Origin: an uncultured Clostridium sp.
GTDB taxonomy: Bacteria > Bacillota > Clostridia > Christensenellales > CAG-138
Direction of reading: 5' to 3'
Length of the DNA: 52,565 bases
Assembly: GCA_964546125.1 (NCBI GenBank)
Contig: CAZJIS010000001.1
Span: forward strand, 7,571-60,135
Position 1 is the stretch's first letter. The number at the start of each line of letters is the position of its first letter. Shown here in pieces: positions 9,120 through 17,614 of this stretch. The notes under the pieces were generated by a model. That model saw only the letters and a program-made list of their open reading frames with translations, had not been told where the DNA came from and did no database searches. Both the position numbers and the translations under genes were made by a program.

Positions 9120-9455
9120 ATGAACAACTGCCTGTTCTGCAAAATCATAAGCGGCGGGATCCCCTCAAAAAAGGTTTATGAAGACGAACTTGTGTTCGCG
9201 TTTTACGACATTGACCCCAAGGCGCCCGTGCATGTGCTGATCGTGCCCAAAGCGCATTGCGACAGCGTGCTCGAAGCGGATGCGATGACCGTGGCCGCCT
9301 TGTTTGAGGCCGCAAAAAAGATTGCAAAGGAGCTTGGGGTCGCAAAAACCGGCTTCCGCCTTGTGCTCAACACAGGGGAGGACGGCGGGCAAAGCGTGGG
9401 CCACCTGCACATGCACCTCTTGGGCGCACGCGCGCTTGCCTGGCCCCCGGGCTAG
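9120..9455 (+). CDS. HIT-family (histidine triad) nucleotide hydrolase
   Basis: 111 aa. C..C zinc motif (CLFCKI) and histidine triad HLHMHLL. Confidence 0.9.
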   Translation: MNNCLFCKIISGGIPSKKVYEDELVFAFYDIDPKAPVHVLIVPKAHCDSVLEADAMTVAALFEAAKKIAKELGVAKTGFRLVLNTGEDGGQSVGHLHMHLLGARALAWPPG

Positions 9456-9462
9456 AATTAAG

Positions 9463-9491
9463 TTGACTTTGCATGCCCCGTCCTTTATAAT
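9463..9491 (+). promoter_or_regulatory. Sigma-A type promoter for rpsU
   Basis: TTGACT-17 nt-TATAAT, about 75 nt upstream of the rpsU ATG. Confidence 0.7.
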
Positions 9492-9565
9492 TGCTTTGTG
9501 TTTCGCACAAACGCAGCCTTTTGCGGCAAAAGTCGCTATGTTGCATTTAGAGGGGGGGGATATGA

Positions 9566-9736
9566 ATGGAAATCCGTGTAGGCGAAAACGAGTCCCTGGA
9601 AAGTGCTCTAAAACGTTTTAAGCGCAAGTGCGCGCGTTCCGGCGTCCTGGCCGAGGTCCGCAGGCGTGAGCATTACGAAAAACCCAGCGTCAAGCGCAAG
9701 AAAAAAGCCGAAGCCGCGAGGAAACGCAAGTATTGA
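9566..9736 (+). CDS. rpsU: 30S ribosomal protein S21
   Basis: Absent from the ORF track (56 aa). [56 protein letters not shown], preceded by an AGAGGGGGGGGA RBS. Confidence 0.93.
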   Translation: MEIRVGENESLESALKRFKRKCARSGVLAEVRRREHYEKPSVKRKKKAEAARKRKY

Positions 9737-9813
9737 TCCCCACGCTTCATAAAAGCTGGTTCAGGCGGCGCTGCCGCGGTGCGAAAACAAAACGGCAATA
9801 AGCTAACGAAATG

Positions 9814-9845
9814 AGATCCGGTTCACGCCGGATCTTTCTCTTTTT
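9814..9845 (+). terminator. Rho-independent terminator of rpsU
   Basis: AGATCCGG-TTCACG-CCGGATCT hairpin followed by TTCTCTTTTT. Confidence 0.8.
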
Positions 9846-9884
9846 GGCGGTTTTTGCGCATATCCTTTTTTAAGGGGTGAGCGT

Positions 9885-10127
9885 ATGGAATGCATTACGT
9901 TTTGCGAGCTGCGGCGAAAGGAAGTCATCAACCTGCGGGACGGCGCGCGGCTCGGCTTGATCTGCGATCTTGAAATGGATAGCTGCACGGGCCATGTGCA
10001 CGCAATTGTCGTGCCTGGGCCGCCGCGGCTCTGGGGCCTGCTAAAGGGGGACGAGGAACTTGTCATCCCTTATAAATGCATCAGCAAAATAGGGGACGAT
10101 GTGATTTTAGTCGACATCTCCATGTAA
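9885..10127 (+). CDS. YlmC/YmxH-family sporulation protein (PRC-barrel)
   Basis: 80 aa. Family-typical ...FCELRRKEVINLRDGARLG...DLEMD...G.V.AIVVPG.... Confidence 0.85.
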   Translation: MECITFCELRRKEVINLRDGARLGLICDLEMDSCTGHVHAIVVPGPPRLWGLLKGDEELVIPYKCISKIGDDVILVDISM

Positions 10128-10188
10128 ATGGCGCTGGCCTATTGGCGATCTTTCGTGATATAATCAAAAAAAACCGGAGGGTGCATCC

Positions 10189-10644
10189 ATGAAGTGCAGG
10201 TATTGCCTCGGCACCGAGAGCAAGGTCGTCGACTCGCGTCCCACGGAGGACGGGACGAGCATACGTCGCAGGCGCGAGTGCATCTCTTGCGGGCGCAGGT
10301 TTACAACCTACGAAAAAATCGAAGAGATCCCGATTATGGTCATCAAAAGGGATGGCCGCCGCGAGCCTTTCGACAGCGAGAAGATTCTTCTTGGCGTGCG
10401 CAAGGCCTGCGAAAAACGCCCCGTTTCCGCAACGGAGATGGATAAGGTCGTCGAGGATGTCGTGCGCGAGGTGTTCAACACCCTCGAGCAGGAGGTCACG
10501 AGCGTTTACATCGGCGAATGCGTGATGAATCGCCTGAAGGATCTCGACGAGGTAGCCTATGTGCGTTTTGCCTCGGTGTACCGCCAGTTTAAGGACATCA
10601 ACACGTTTATGGAAGAATTAAAACTCCTCTTGGGTGAAAAATGA
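10189..10644 (+). CDS. nrdR: Transcriptional repressor NrdR
   Basis: MKCRYC...VVDSR...[17 protein letters not shown] zinc ribbon plus an ATP-cone domain. GGAGGG RBS. Confidence 0.95.
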   Translation: MKCRYCLGTESKVVDSRPTEDGTSIRRRRECISCGRRFTTYEKIEEIPIMVIKRDGRREPFDSEKILLGVRKACEKRPVSATEMDKVVEDVVREVFNTLEQEVTSVYIGECVMNRLKDLDEVAYVRFASVYRQFKDINTFMEELKLLLGEK

Positions 10645-11498
10645 GAGGTAACGGTTCCGATATTTATTTGAATGCGGCCGCGCTCATGCAGCACGGCTGT
10701 ATTTATGAAGAGCGCGAGGGCATCGGTATCTTCCGTGCCCAAAGCCTCTTGAACATTCCTTTCATTCAACACGGCTTCACCGCGCGAAAGGGCGGGGTGA
10801 GCGAGCCGCCCTTTGATTCGCTTAATTTAAGGCTCGGGCGTGAGGACTGCGAGGAGCACGTGCGCGAGAATTTCCGCCGTCTTTGCAGGCGCGAGGGTAT
10901 TTCGGAAGAGAGCCTCACGATCGTCAGCTTCGAGCACGGCAGCACGGTGCTGCGCGTCGGTGCAAAAGATGCAGGGCGCGGATACTGCCGCAAACCGCTT
11001 CCCGCCTGCGACGGCATCGTGACGAACAGCCCCGGGGTAACCCTTGTGACAGACCATGCGGACTGCGGCTGCATCTTCGCCTGCGATCCCCTGAACCGCG
11101 CCATCGGCCTTGCGCACGCGGGCTGGAAGGGGACGCTTGGGCGCATCGGCGAAAAGCTCGTGCGGCTCATGGCGCAATCGTTTGGAAGCGACCCCGCGGC
11201 GCTCATCATGTCGACAGGCCCCTGCATTTGCGGGCATTGTTATGAAGTGGACGAGGCGCTCGCCAAGCGCTTTGAAAAGGAGTTTGCAACGGATGCGTGC
11301 GCTTACCCCGGCAAGCCCGGCAAGGCGCAGCTTTCGCTTGAAACTGCCGTGGCGATCCAACTGCTTGACGCCGGCGTTTTAGCCCAAAACATCACAATGA
11401 TGGAATGCTGCACCTATGAAAATCCCGAAACGCTCTTCTCTCACAGGCGGGATCGGGGTCGCACGGGCGACATGGCCGGCTTCATGAAAATTGTTTGA
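10641..11498 (+). CDS. pgeF: Peptidoglycan editing factor PgeF (YfiH/YlmD, DUF152 laccase-domain protein)
   Basis: ATGA overlap with nrdR. Motifs [23 protein letters not shown] and HAGWKGT. An internal ATG at 10686 is an alternative start. Confidence 0.85.
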   Translation: MRGNGSDIYLNAAALMQHGCIYEEREGIGIFRAQSLLNIPFIQHGFTARKGGVSEPPFDSLNLRLGREDCEEHVRENFRRLCRREGISEESLTIVSFEHGSTVLRVGAKDAGRGYCRKPLPACDGIVTNSPGVTLVTDHADCGCIFACDPLNRAIGLAHAGWKGTLGRIGEKLVRLMAQSFGSDPAALIMSTGPCICGHCYEVDEALAKRFEKEFATDACAYPGKPGKAQLSLETAVAIQLLDAGVLAQNITMMECCTYENPETLFSHRRDRGRTGDMAGFMKIV

Positions 11499-11519
11499 AT
11501 TTGACACGAAAAATAGAGC

Positions 11520-11561
11520 AACCTCCGGGCAAACTGTGATTGCGTCCGGAGGTTTTGATTT
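11520..11561 (+). terminator. Putative intrinsic terminator after pgeF
   Basis: AACCTCCGG...17-nt loop...CCGGAGGTT followed by TTGATTT. The large loop and interrupted T-run lower confidence. Confidence 0.5.
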
Positions 11562-11999
11562 GTGGAAAATTATGTTTGCGCAAGTTTATGCGTTTTGATT
11601 TTATCCCTGTGCGGCTGTTTGGACGGCACGCTTGAAAAAACGCGCCTTTCGCGCGCGGATGCCGCGTTTGCGGCGCTGTGCGTGCTGGCGCTTTCCTCGT
11701 TTCGCTTCAAGCCCTTCGCCGAATTTGATATCGACGTTGCGGCGCTCGCTCTGCCCGTAGTGTTCGCTCTGCTGAGCATCCGGCGCGAAGGTCAGGCTTC
11801 ACGGTTGCTTGCGCGCTTTGCGCTGCTATGCGCGCTGCCGGTCGCGGCATCCGCCGTGACGATGCTCTATGAGCTATCCATGACGACCTATGCATACTTT
11901 TCGCTGCGCGCGCGCTCGGTGTGCCTTGCGCAAATCGTGCTGTGCGCGCTTGCGCTCGCTATCGCCTCATTCCGCCGCAGCGAAGAAGAAGCCGTGTGA
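11562..11999 (+). CDS. Hypothetical polytopic membrane protein (about 4 TM), unknown family
   Basis: GTG start. 145 aa, Leu/Ala/Cys-rich with hydrophobic segments. Strong third-position GC bias consistent with coding. No motif recognised. Lies directly upstream of spoIIIAA. Confidence 0.45.
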   Translation: MENYVCASLCVLILSLCGCLDGTLEKTRLSRADAAFAALCVLALSSFRFKPFAEFDIDVAALALPVVFALLSIRREGQASRLLARFALLCALPVAASAVTMLYELSMTTYAYFSLRARSVCLAQIVLCALALAIASFRRSEEEAV

Positions 12000-12051
12000 T
12001 ATTCCCTTTTGCATGCTCATATCCATAGAACAACTATGGAGGACATGCACA

Positions 12052-12963
12052 ATGCAACTACCTGCAAAAAATCCGATCAGCGTATTACATCCATTCATAC
12101 CGCAGTGGCTGCGCGCCGCTATCGAGCGCGAGGACATCGAGGGCCTGGAAGAAATCCGCGTGCGCGCGGGGCGGCCGATCCAGCTCGTGTACGCTTCGGG
12201 AGAGCGGATGCTGCCGCTTTCACCGGACGCGGAGCTGCTTTTTGAGCTGCTCGAAAGCCTGTGCGAGCATTCGGTCGCCGCAAAGGAACGGGAGCTTGCG
12301 GAAGGCTATCTTACCGTGCGCGGCTGCCGCGTGGGCATCTCCGGCCGGGCGGTTGCGCGGGGAAGCGAAGGCTCCATTGCGCGCTATTCGCATGTGACGG
12401 GCTTCAACCTGCGCTTGGCGCGCGAGGTGCGCGGTTGCGCGGAGCCCGTGATGCACGAGTTTTATGACGGTGAGGGCGGGGTTATGGGGGCCCTCGTGCT
12501 CTCCGCGCCGGGCGCGGGGAAAACGACGCTTTTGCGCGATGCGGCGCGCCTCCTCTCCGATGGATGGCGAAGCGAGCGCGGCAGGAAGGTGGCTGTCGCC
12601 GACGAGCGCGGCGAGCTTGCGGGCGCTTATCTTGGCGTGTCCACGTTCGACGTGGGCGCGCGCACGGATGTGACGGATGGCTGCAATAAGGCGGAAGCCA
12701 TGCGCTCGCTCATCCGCAGCATGTCGCCCGAGGTGCTCGTCACCGATGAGATCGGTTCCGATGCCGATGCGCAGGCCGTTCTCTGGGCGGCAGCCTCGGG
12801 CGTTGCGGTGCTCGCGAGCGCCCATGCGCGCGACGAGCGCGAAGCGCTGCGCAAACCCTACCTTAAGACGCTCATCGAAGCGGGCTGTTTTGACAAGCTT
12901 CTCGTGCTTCGGCGCGAGGGGAACTATGCGAACATCCGCGCGGTGCGCCTTGCTCTCCCATGA
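12052..12963 (+). CDS. spoIIIAA: Stage III sporulation protein AA (AAA-type ATPase)
   Basis: The ATG at 12052 follows GGAGG (the track ORF has a spurious 54-codon extension). Walker A SAPGAGKTT, Walker B LVTDEIG. First gene of a complete spoIIIA operon. Confidence 0.9.
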   Translation: MQLPAKNPISVLHPFIPQWLRAAIEREDIEGLEEIRVRAGRPIQLVYASGERMLPLSPDAELLFELLESLCEHSVAAKERELAEGYLTVRGCRVGISGRAVARGSEGSIARYSHVTGFNLRLAREVRGCAEPVMHEFYDGEGGVMGALVLSAPGAGKTTLLRDAARLLSDGWRSERGRKVAVADERGELAGAYLGVSTFDVGARTDVTDGCNKAEAMRSLIRSMSPEVLVTDEIGSDADAQAVLWAAASGVAVLASAHARDEREALRKPYLKTLIEAGCFDKLLVLRREGNYANIRAVRLALP

Positions 12964-13433
12964 GGGCGGTGCTGGCGCTTGCCGTGCTGCTTCTTTGCGC
13001 GTGGGCGGGCAACAGGCGGCGCGCGAAGCTCGAGGCGCGCACGGAGGCGGTTGCGGCGATCGCCGCCGACATGCGCAGGCTGCGCGATGTGATGGAGCTG
13101 ACGCCCATGCCCATCGCCGAGGCCGCACAAAGGCTGCACTGCGGGGTGTGGCGTGCATTCATTGAAAACCTGCAAAACCGCGGCGCGCGGCAGGCGTGGG
13201 AGGAAGCGCTCGCGGGCGCGCCCGAGCTCGACGCGGATAGGGATGCGCTCGGCGGCTTCGTGGAAGCCCTGCGCGCGAGCGAAATGCAAACGCAGCTCAA
13301 CGCCTTGAGCCTTATTATCCGCGAGCTTGAAAAAAGGCGCGGCGCGCTCACAGGGGAGCTAGAGAAAAAGGGCAGGCTCTACACCTCGCTTGGCGTGCTC
13401 TTTGGGTTAGCCTTGGCGCTGCTGGTCCTTTAG
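12960..13433 (+). CDS. spoIIIAB: Stage III sporulation protein AB
   Basis: ATGA overlap with spoIIIAA. N- and C-terminal TM segments flank a helical domain. Operon position. Confidence 0.85.
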   Translation: MRAVLALAVLLLCAWAGNRRRAKLEARTEAVAAIAADMRRLRDVMELTPMPIAEAAQRLHCGVWRAFIENLQNRGARQAWEEALAGAPELDADRDALGGFVEALRASEMQTQLNALSLIIRELEKRRGALTGELEKKGRLYTSLGVLFGLALALLVL

Positions 13434-13442
13434 GGAGGCAAT

Positions 13443-13637
13443 ATGGACATTTCGATCATCATCAAAATCGCGGGCGTGGGCCTGCTGGTCGCAATCATCA
13501 GCCAGCTTTTGAAGCAGACCGGGCGGGACGACATGGCCATGCTCGCCGCTGTTGCGGGGCTTGTGATCACGCTTGCGATGGTCGTGAACCTAATCGCGAC
13601 CCTGTTTGACAACGTCAAGAGCATTTTCGGTTTATAG
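13443..13637 (+). CDS. spoIIIAC: Stage III sporulation protein AC
   Basis: 64 aa, two TM. MDISIIIKIAGVGLLVAIISQLLKQTGRDD... is typical of SpoIIIAC. Confidence 0.9.
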   Translation: MDISIIIKIAGVGLLVAIISQLLKQTGRDDMAMLAAVAGLVITLAMVVNLIATLFDNVKSIFGL

Positions 13638-13645
13638 GCAAGCAT

Positions 13646-14041
13646 ATGAGCGCGCTCAAGATCGCGGGTTTTGCCATAGCCGCCGCCGCCGCGTCGCTGA
13701 CGGTGCGCGCTTATCGCCCGGAGCTTTCGCTGCAGATCGGCGTCGCCGCGGGGTTGATGCTTCTAATCTACGCGCTCGGGGAGGTAGGCGGCGCGTTTGC
13801 GGAGCTTTCTTCCTATGTGGAGCGCTTTGGCATTCCCGCTTCCTACATCGCGGCGATGCTCAAGGTCACGGGCATCGTTTACCTTATTCAGTTTGCGGCG
13901 GAGGTTTGCAGAGATTCGGGCGAGAACGCCGTCGCCGCCAAAACGGAGCTTGCCGGGCGTGTGATGATCCTCGTCGTGTGCCTGCCCGTAATCAAGACAG
14001 TATTCGAGCTGATCGTGGAGCTTGCGGGAGGCGCGCTGTGA
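13646..14041 (+). CDS. spoIIIAD: Stage III sporulation protein AD
   Basis: 131 aa polytopic protein with ...LKVTGIVYLIQFAAEVCRDSGENAVAAK.... Operon position. Confidence 0.88.
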   Translation: MSALKIAGFAIAAAAASLTVRAYRPELSLQIGVAAGLMLLIYALGEVGGAFAELSSYVERFGIPASYIAAMLKVTGIVYLIQFAAEVCRDSGENAVAAKTELAGRVMILVVCLPVIKTVFELIVELAGGAL

Positions 14042-15102
14042 ATGAACTCGATCTTTCCGGCATCGGCGAACTCGATCTCACGGCCTGGCAGGAGCTGTGG
14101 CAGGGGTTTGGCAGCTCATTCACTCTCGGTTTTTCGGGCGTTGGAGATATGATTTCAAAGCTTGCGCAGGGTTCGGAGGGACTCAGCGCCACGCGCGCGC
14201 TCGACGCGGTGCGCGAGCTTGCGATCGCCGCCTTTCGCGATTCACTTTCCTCCTACCTTGCGCTTCTTGCGGTCGCCGTACTCGCGGCGCTCATCGGCGT
14301 CATATCAAAAGAAAAGGACGGCGTGGGCGGCGCGGCGGGCTTTTTGTGCTTTGGCATGGGCGCGGCCCTCGTGGCCTATAACCTTGCGCGCATCACGGCG
14401 CTCACGGTCTCCTCGATCGATGCGCTCTCGCGCTGCATGGAGGCGGTCACGCCCGTGATGAGCGCGGCGCTCGCGGCGACGGGGAGCGCGGCTTCCGGCA
14501 CGCTCATGCAGCCGCTGAGCGCGTTTTTGAGCCTCGCTGTTTCGGGCGCGTTCAAAGGCCTTGTGCTGCCGCTTACGGGTGCTGCGGGCATGGCGGCGAT
14601 GCTCGGCGTGCTCGGCGAGAGCGGCGGCTTCGAGCATATGTTCGCACTGCTCAAATCCGCCGTAAAATGGATCACCGGGGCGGTATTTACGGTGTATTTC
14701 GGCGTAGTATCTATACAGGGAATCACCGTTGCGCGCGCCGACAGCCTTGCGATGCGAACGGCCCGTTACGCGCTCGACCGGTCTGTCCCCATCGTGGGCG
14801 GCGCTGTTTCGGGCACGCTCGACACGCTCATCACGAGCGCATCGCTGATTAAAAACGCGGCGGGGGCCGCGGCCGTGCTCAGCGCCGTGATGATCGCCGC
14901 CGCACCGTTGACCGCAATCGCCTGTTCGGGCCTTGCTTGCCGGGCGGTCGCCGCGCTGTGTGAGCCGCTCGGGGACCGCCGCATCCCCGGCATGCTCGCG
15001 CGCATGGCCGAAGTTTGCACGCTGCTGTTTGCGGTGCTCATCGCCGTAGCCGCGATGTTCATCATCACCGTGGGGTTGACCTTCGCGGCGGGCAACCCAT
15101 GA
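14038..15102 (+). CDS. spoIIIAE: Stage III sporulation protein AE
   Basis: GTG at 14038 (GTGA overlap with the spoIIIAD stop). Polytopic, Ala/Gly-rich permease-like body. The track ORF from 13606 is an out-of-frame overlap of spoIIIAC/AD. The start is less certain than the identity. Confidence 0.82.
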   Translation: MNELDLSGIGELDLTAWQELWQGFGSSFTLGFSGVGDMISKLAQGSEGLSATRALDAVRELAIAAFRDSLSSYLALLAVAVLAALIGVISKEKDGVGGAAGFLCFGMGAALVAYNLARITALTVSSIDALSRCMEAVTPVMSAALAATGSAASGTLMQPLSAFLSLAVSGAFKGLVLPLTGAAGMAAMLGVLGESGGFEHMFALLKSAVKWITGAVFTVYFGVVSIQGITVARADSLAMRTARYALDRSVPIVGGAVSGTLDTLITSASLIKNAAGAAAVLSAVMIAAAPLTAIACSGLACRAVAALCEPLGDRRIPGMLARMAEVCTLLFAVLIAVAAMFIITVGLTFAAGNP

Positions 15103-15272
15103 GCGCGCTCATGCGATTGATGACGCGCCTTGGCGCGATCGCTCTTGTTGCAGCGGCGTGCGAGTTCGCGCTCCCCAAGGGCAACCTTAAGAGCAGCGCA
15201 AAAAAAGCGATGTCGCTGATGGTATTGGTGAACACCATCGAATGCGTGGTCGAGCTGATAGGGGAAATGTGA
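15099..15272 (+). CDS. spoIIIAF: Stage III sporulation protein AF, short form (57 aa, TM hairpin only)
   Basis: ATGA overlap with spoIIIAE. ...FALPKGNLKSSAKKAMSLMVLV... resembles the N-terminal two-TM part of B. subtilis SpoIIIAF (..LLPSSSMQKYAKMVVSLLLIV..). Nothing follows the TM hairpin. Confidence 0.6.
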   Translation: MSALMRLMTRLGAIALVAAACEFALPKGNLKSSAKKAMSLMVLVNTIECVVELIGEM

Positions 15273-15709
15273 TGGCAACGGGCAAAACACCATCCGCGGG
15301 GTTCCTCGGTGCGCTCGTCGAGCGGATGAAGAACGACAAGAAGTTTGAGCTTGCGGTGTACGCCGTGCTCATCCTCATCGGCGTGCTGATCTTCGTTTTC
15401 TCCTCCTGCGAAGAGGGGGGATGGCGCGCGGGCGCCGCGCCGAGCCGCGAAGCGCCTGCATCCGATGAGCTCGAGGATCGCCTCGCGGGCATTCTCTCGA
15501 GCATTGAGGGGGCGGGGGCGGTGCAGGTGATGATCGTGCGGGATGAGGCGGGCGATATCACGGGCGCCATCGTCACGGCACGGGGCGCCGCGGATATTTC
15601 CGTGCGCGAAAGGCTCCGAAGCGCGGTGCGCACGGTCTTGGGCATCGGCATGGATCAGGTGGAAATTTTCCAGATGGAAAAAAACAATAGCGAGAATGCG
15701 GAGGGTTAA
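15272..15709 (+). CDS. spoIIIAG: Stage III sporulation protein AG (compact ring-building-motif protein)
   Basis: The ATG at 15272 shares one nucleotide with the spoIIIAF stop. One TM, then LEDRLAGILSSIEGAGAVQVMIV...ITGAIVTARGAADISVRERLRSAVRTVLGI..., matching the two halves of the SpoIIIAG RBM. Confidence 0.8.
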   Translation: MATGKTPSAGFLGALVERMKNDKKFELAVYAVLILIGVLIFVFSSCEEGGWRAGAAPSREAPASDELEDRLAGILSSIEGAGAVQVMIVRDEAGDITGAIVTARGAADISVRERLRSAVRTVLGIGMDQVEIFQMEKNNSENAEG

Positions 15710-15712
15710 GAA

Positions 15713-16225
15713 ATGAAAAAGTATGTTTATATCGGAGTGGTCGCGCTGCTGCTCGCAGGCGCGGTGTGGTGGAGCATCGCGGGAAGCGGCGTGAAGCAGA
15801 AGGGGAAGGACGTGCAGGCGCAGAACAAAGGGGAGGCGCAAGGCGGCGGGGAGCAGGTCTCGGCGGGGATCACTGCGGATTATTACGAGGCGTTCCGCAG
15901 CGAGCGCGAGCAAACGCGCGAAATGGAATTGGGCTGGCTCGATGAAATCATTGCCACTTCGGCTACCGATTCCGAAACGCTTGAAGATGCGCAGGCGCAA
16001 AAGCTTGCCCTTGTTGCGCAGATGGAAAAGGAGTTTGCGATTGAAAACCTCATCCGCGCCAAGGGCTTTGCGGATGCGGCGGTTACCTTCCACCAGGGCG
16101 CTGTGAGCGTGGTGGTCGCAAGCGCGGAATTGACCGCCGAGCAGGCGGCGCAGATCCTCGAGATCGTGCAGAGCGAGACCAAGGAGAGCGCGGAGAACAT
16201 CAAGGTGATCCCCAACCCGAAATAA
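15713..16225 (+). CDS. spoIIIAH: Stage III sporulation protein AH
   Basis: N-terminal TM, charged linker, C-terminal YscJ/FliF-like domain (...ENLIRAKGFADAAVTFHQGAVSVVV...). Last gene of the operon. Confidence 0.85.
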   Translation: MKKYVYIGVVALLLAGAVWWSIAGSGVKQKGKDVQAQNKGEAQGGGEQVSAGITADYYEAFRSEREQTREMELGWLDEIIATSATDSETLEDAQAQKLALVAQMEKEFAIENLIRAKGFADAAVTFHQGAVSVVVASAELTAEQAAQILEIVQSETKESAENIKVIPNPK

Positions 16226-16289
16226 AAGAAAATCTTCTGTGAACAGAGAAAGGTAAAAAACGGTTGCGCTATGCAGGCCCTGGTTTTTC

Positions 16290-16298
16290 TGTTATAAT
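16290..16298 (+). promoter_or_regulatory. Extended -10 element (TGTTATAAT) upstream of asp23
   Basis: TGnTATAAT lies 30 nt upstream of the asp23 ATG. There is no good -35 at 17 nt. Confidence 0.4.
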
Positions 16299-16327
16299 AC
16301 CCAAAAGACCAAAGAGGAGGGACTATT

Positions 16328-16747
16328 ATGACGAGCGAGAACGAAATCTCCCGTGAGGTGGACGCTGTTCAGGGCGGTTCGATCACGTTTGCGCCGGATG
16401 TGATCGCGACGATCGCAAATCTTGCGGCCGCCGAAATTGACGGGGTGGACGGCATGTCCGGCAACGTCGCCGAAAGCATTTCCGGCATGCTCAACGCGAA
16501 GAAAAACCTGACCAAGGGTGTGCGCGTGGAGGTCAGCGAAAACAACGTAAGCGTCGAGCTTGCCGTCATCATCAAATACGGCTACAAGCTCCACGAAGTT
16601 TGCGCGAGCATCCAGCGCAGCATTAAAAACGCCATCGAAACGATGACGGGGCTTTGCGTGGTGCAGGTGAACGTGTCGGTTCAGTCCATCAGCTTCGAGA
16701 AGAGCGGCGCGAAGAAAACCGAAGCAGCGATCGAACCGCAGCAATAA
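16328..16747 (+). CDS. Asp23/Gls24-family envelope stress (alkaline shock) protein
   Basis: ...ITFAPDVIATIANLAAAEIDGVDGM... is typical of Asp23 (DUF322). GAGGAGGG RBS. B. subtilis yqhY position. Confidence 0.9.
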   Translation: MTSENEISREVDAVQGGSITFAPDVIATIANLAAAEIDGVDGMSGNVAESISGMLNAKKNLTKGVRVEVSENNVSVELAVIIKYGYKLHEVCASIQRSIKNAIETMTGLCVVQVNVSVQSISFEKSGAKKTEAAIEPQQ

Positions 16748-16786
16748 GCGCGCGGACTTGCCACAAAAGATGAAGGAGCGGAACAT

Positions 16787-17359
16787 ATGAAATTCAGGTT
16801 CATCGATAAGTTCCTGCTCGTGCTGTTGCTGCTTTTCATGCTCGCGCTCAGCGCCCTGTGCCTGGGTGTGGCGATGGATGTCATCAGCGGCGAGCCGGTC
16901 CTTGCGTGCTTGCAGGTCGTCACCGACGGCTATGTGATCAACAGGCTCATTCTGGGCGGCGTGGCCATCGTGCTGATCATTATCGTGATGCGCCTTTTCA
17001 TCGCCATGGGCAGGCGCGAATGCTCCCCGCGGGAAAAGGCGCCTACGAGCGCGCTGCTCGCGGCCGGGGATAACGGCACGGCCTACGTTACGCTCGCCGC
17101 GCTCGATTCGCTTGTGCAGCGCCATTGCCGCGCCAACCAGCGTATCAAAGAGTGCGAAAGCTGCGTGATAGCCAAGCAAAACGGCGTTGCGATCTCGCTC
17201 AAGCTTCAGGTGCTGCCGGATACGGTTATCCCAGAGCTGAGCGCGCAGCTCCAGCAATCATTGAAGGAATATATCGAAGCCGTCAGCGGCATCGGCGTGA
17301 CGAGCGTGGACGTGCTGTTCCTGCCGCTTGCGCAGCCCAAAGCGCCTAAGTCGATTTAA
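16787..17359 (+). CDS. amaP: Alkaline shock response membrane anchor protein AmaP
   Basis: N-terminal two-TM region plus an Asp23-like C-terminal region. Canonical partner directly after asp23. Confidence 0.75.
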   Translation: MKFRFIDKFLLVLLLLFMLALSALCLGVAMDVISGEPVLACLQVVTDGYVINRLILGGVAIVLIIIVMRLFIAMGRRECSPREKAPTSALLAAGDNGTAYVTLAALDSLVQRHCRANQRIKECESCVIAKQNGVAISLKLQVLPDTVIPELSAQLQQSLKEYIEAVSGIGVTSVDVLFLPLAQPKAPKSI

Positions 17360-17372
17360 CAGGAGTATCAGC

Positions 17373-17594
17373 ATGGATCCAATGGGTTTTTTCAAAAAAT
17401 ATCAATGGCGCATCCTCGGCGTTGTGTTTGCGCTGATTTTCACGGTGCTCGTGTTTACCATCAACTTCTGGCGCACGCTTTTGCTGTTTGCTATCGTGGG
17501 CGCGGCCTATTTTATCGGCACGTTGATGGATGAGGGCGGGCGCGAGCGCGTGGGGGAATTTTTCCGCACGCTCTTTGGACGACGCGGAAACTGA
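17373..17594 (+). CDS. DUF2273 small integral membrane protein
   Basis: The ATG at 17373 follows GGAG. 73 aa, two TM (...WRILGVVFALIFTVLVFTINFWRTLLLFAIVGAAYFIG...). Third member of the asp23-amaP-DUF2273 trio. Confidence 0.75.
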   Translation: MDPMGFFKKYQWRILGVVFALIFTVLVFTINFWRTLLLFAIVGAAYFIGTLMDEGGRERVGEFFRTLFGRRGN

Positions 17595-17614
17595 ACGGGG
17601 GAAATGCTTAAACC

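Noticed and set aside
13606-14037. N-terminal 144 codons of the 498-aa ORF containing spoIIIAE
   Set aside because: This part overlaps spoIIIAC and spoIIIAD out of frame and is Arg-rich nonsense. The GTG at 14038 overlaps the spoIIIAD stop, matching the coupling seen elsewhere in the operon.
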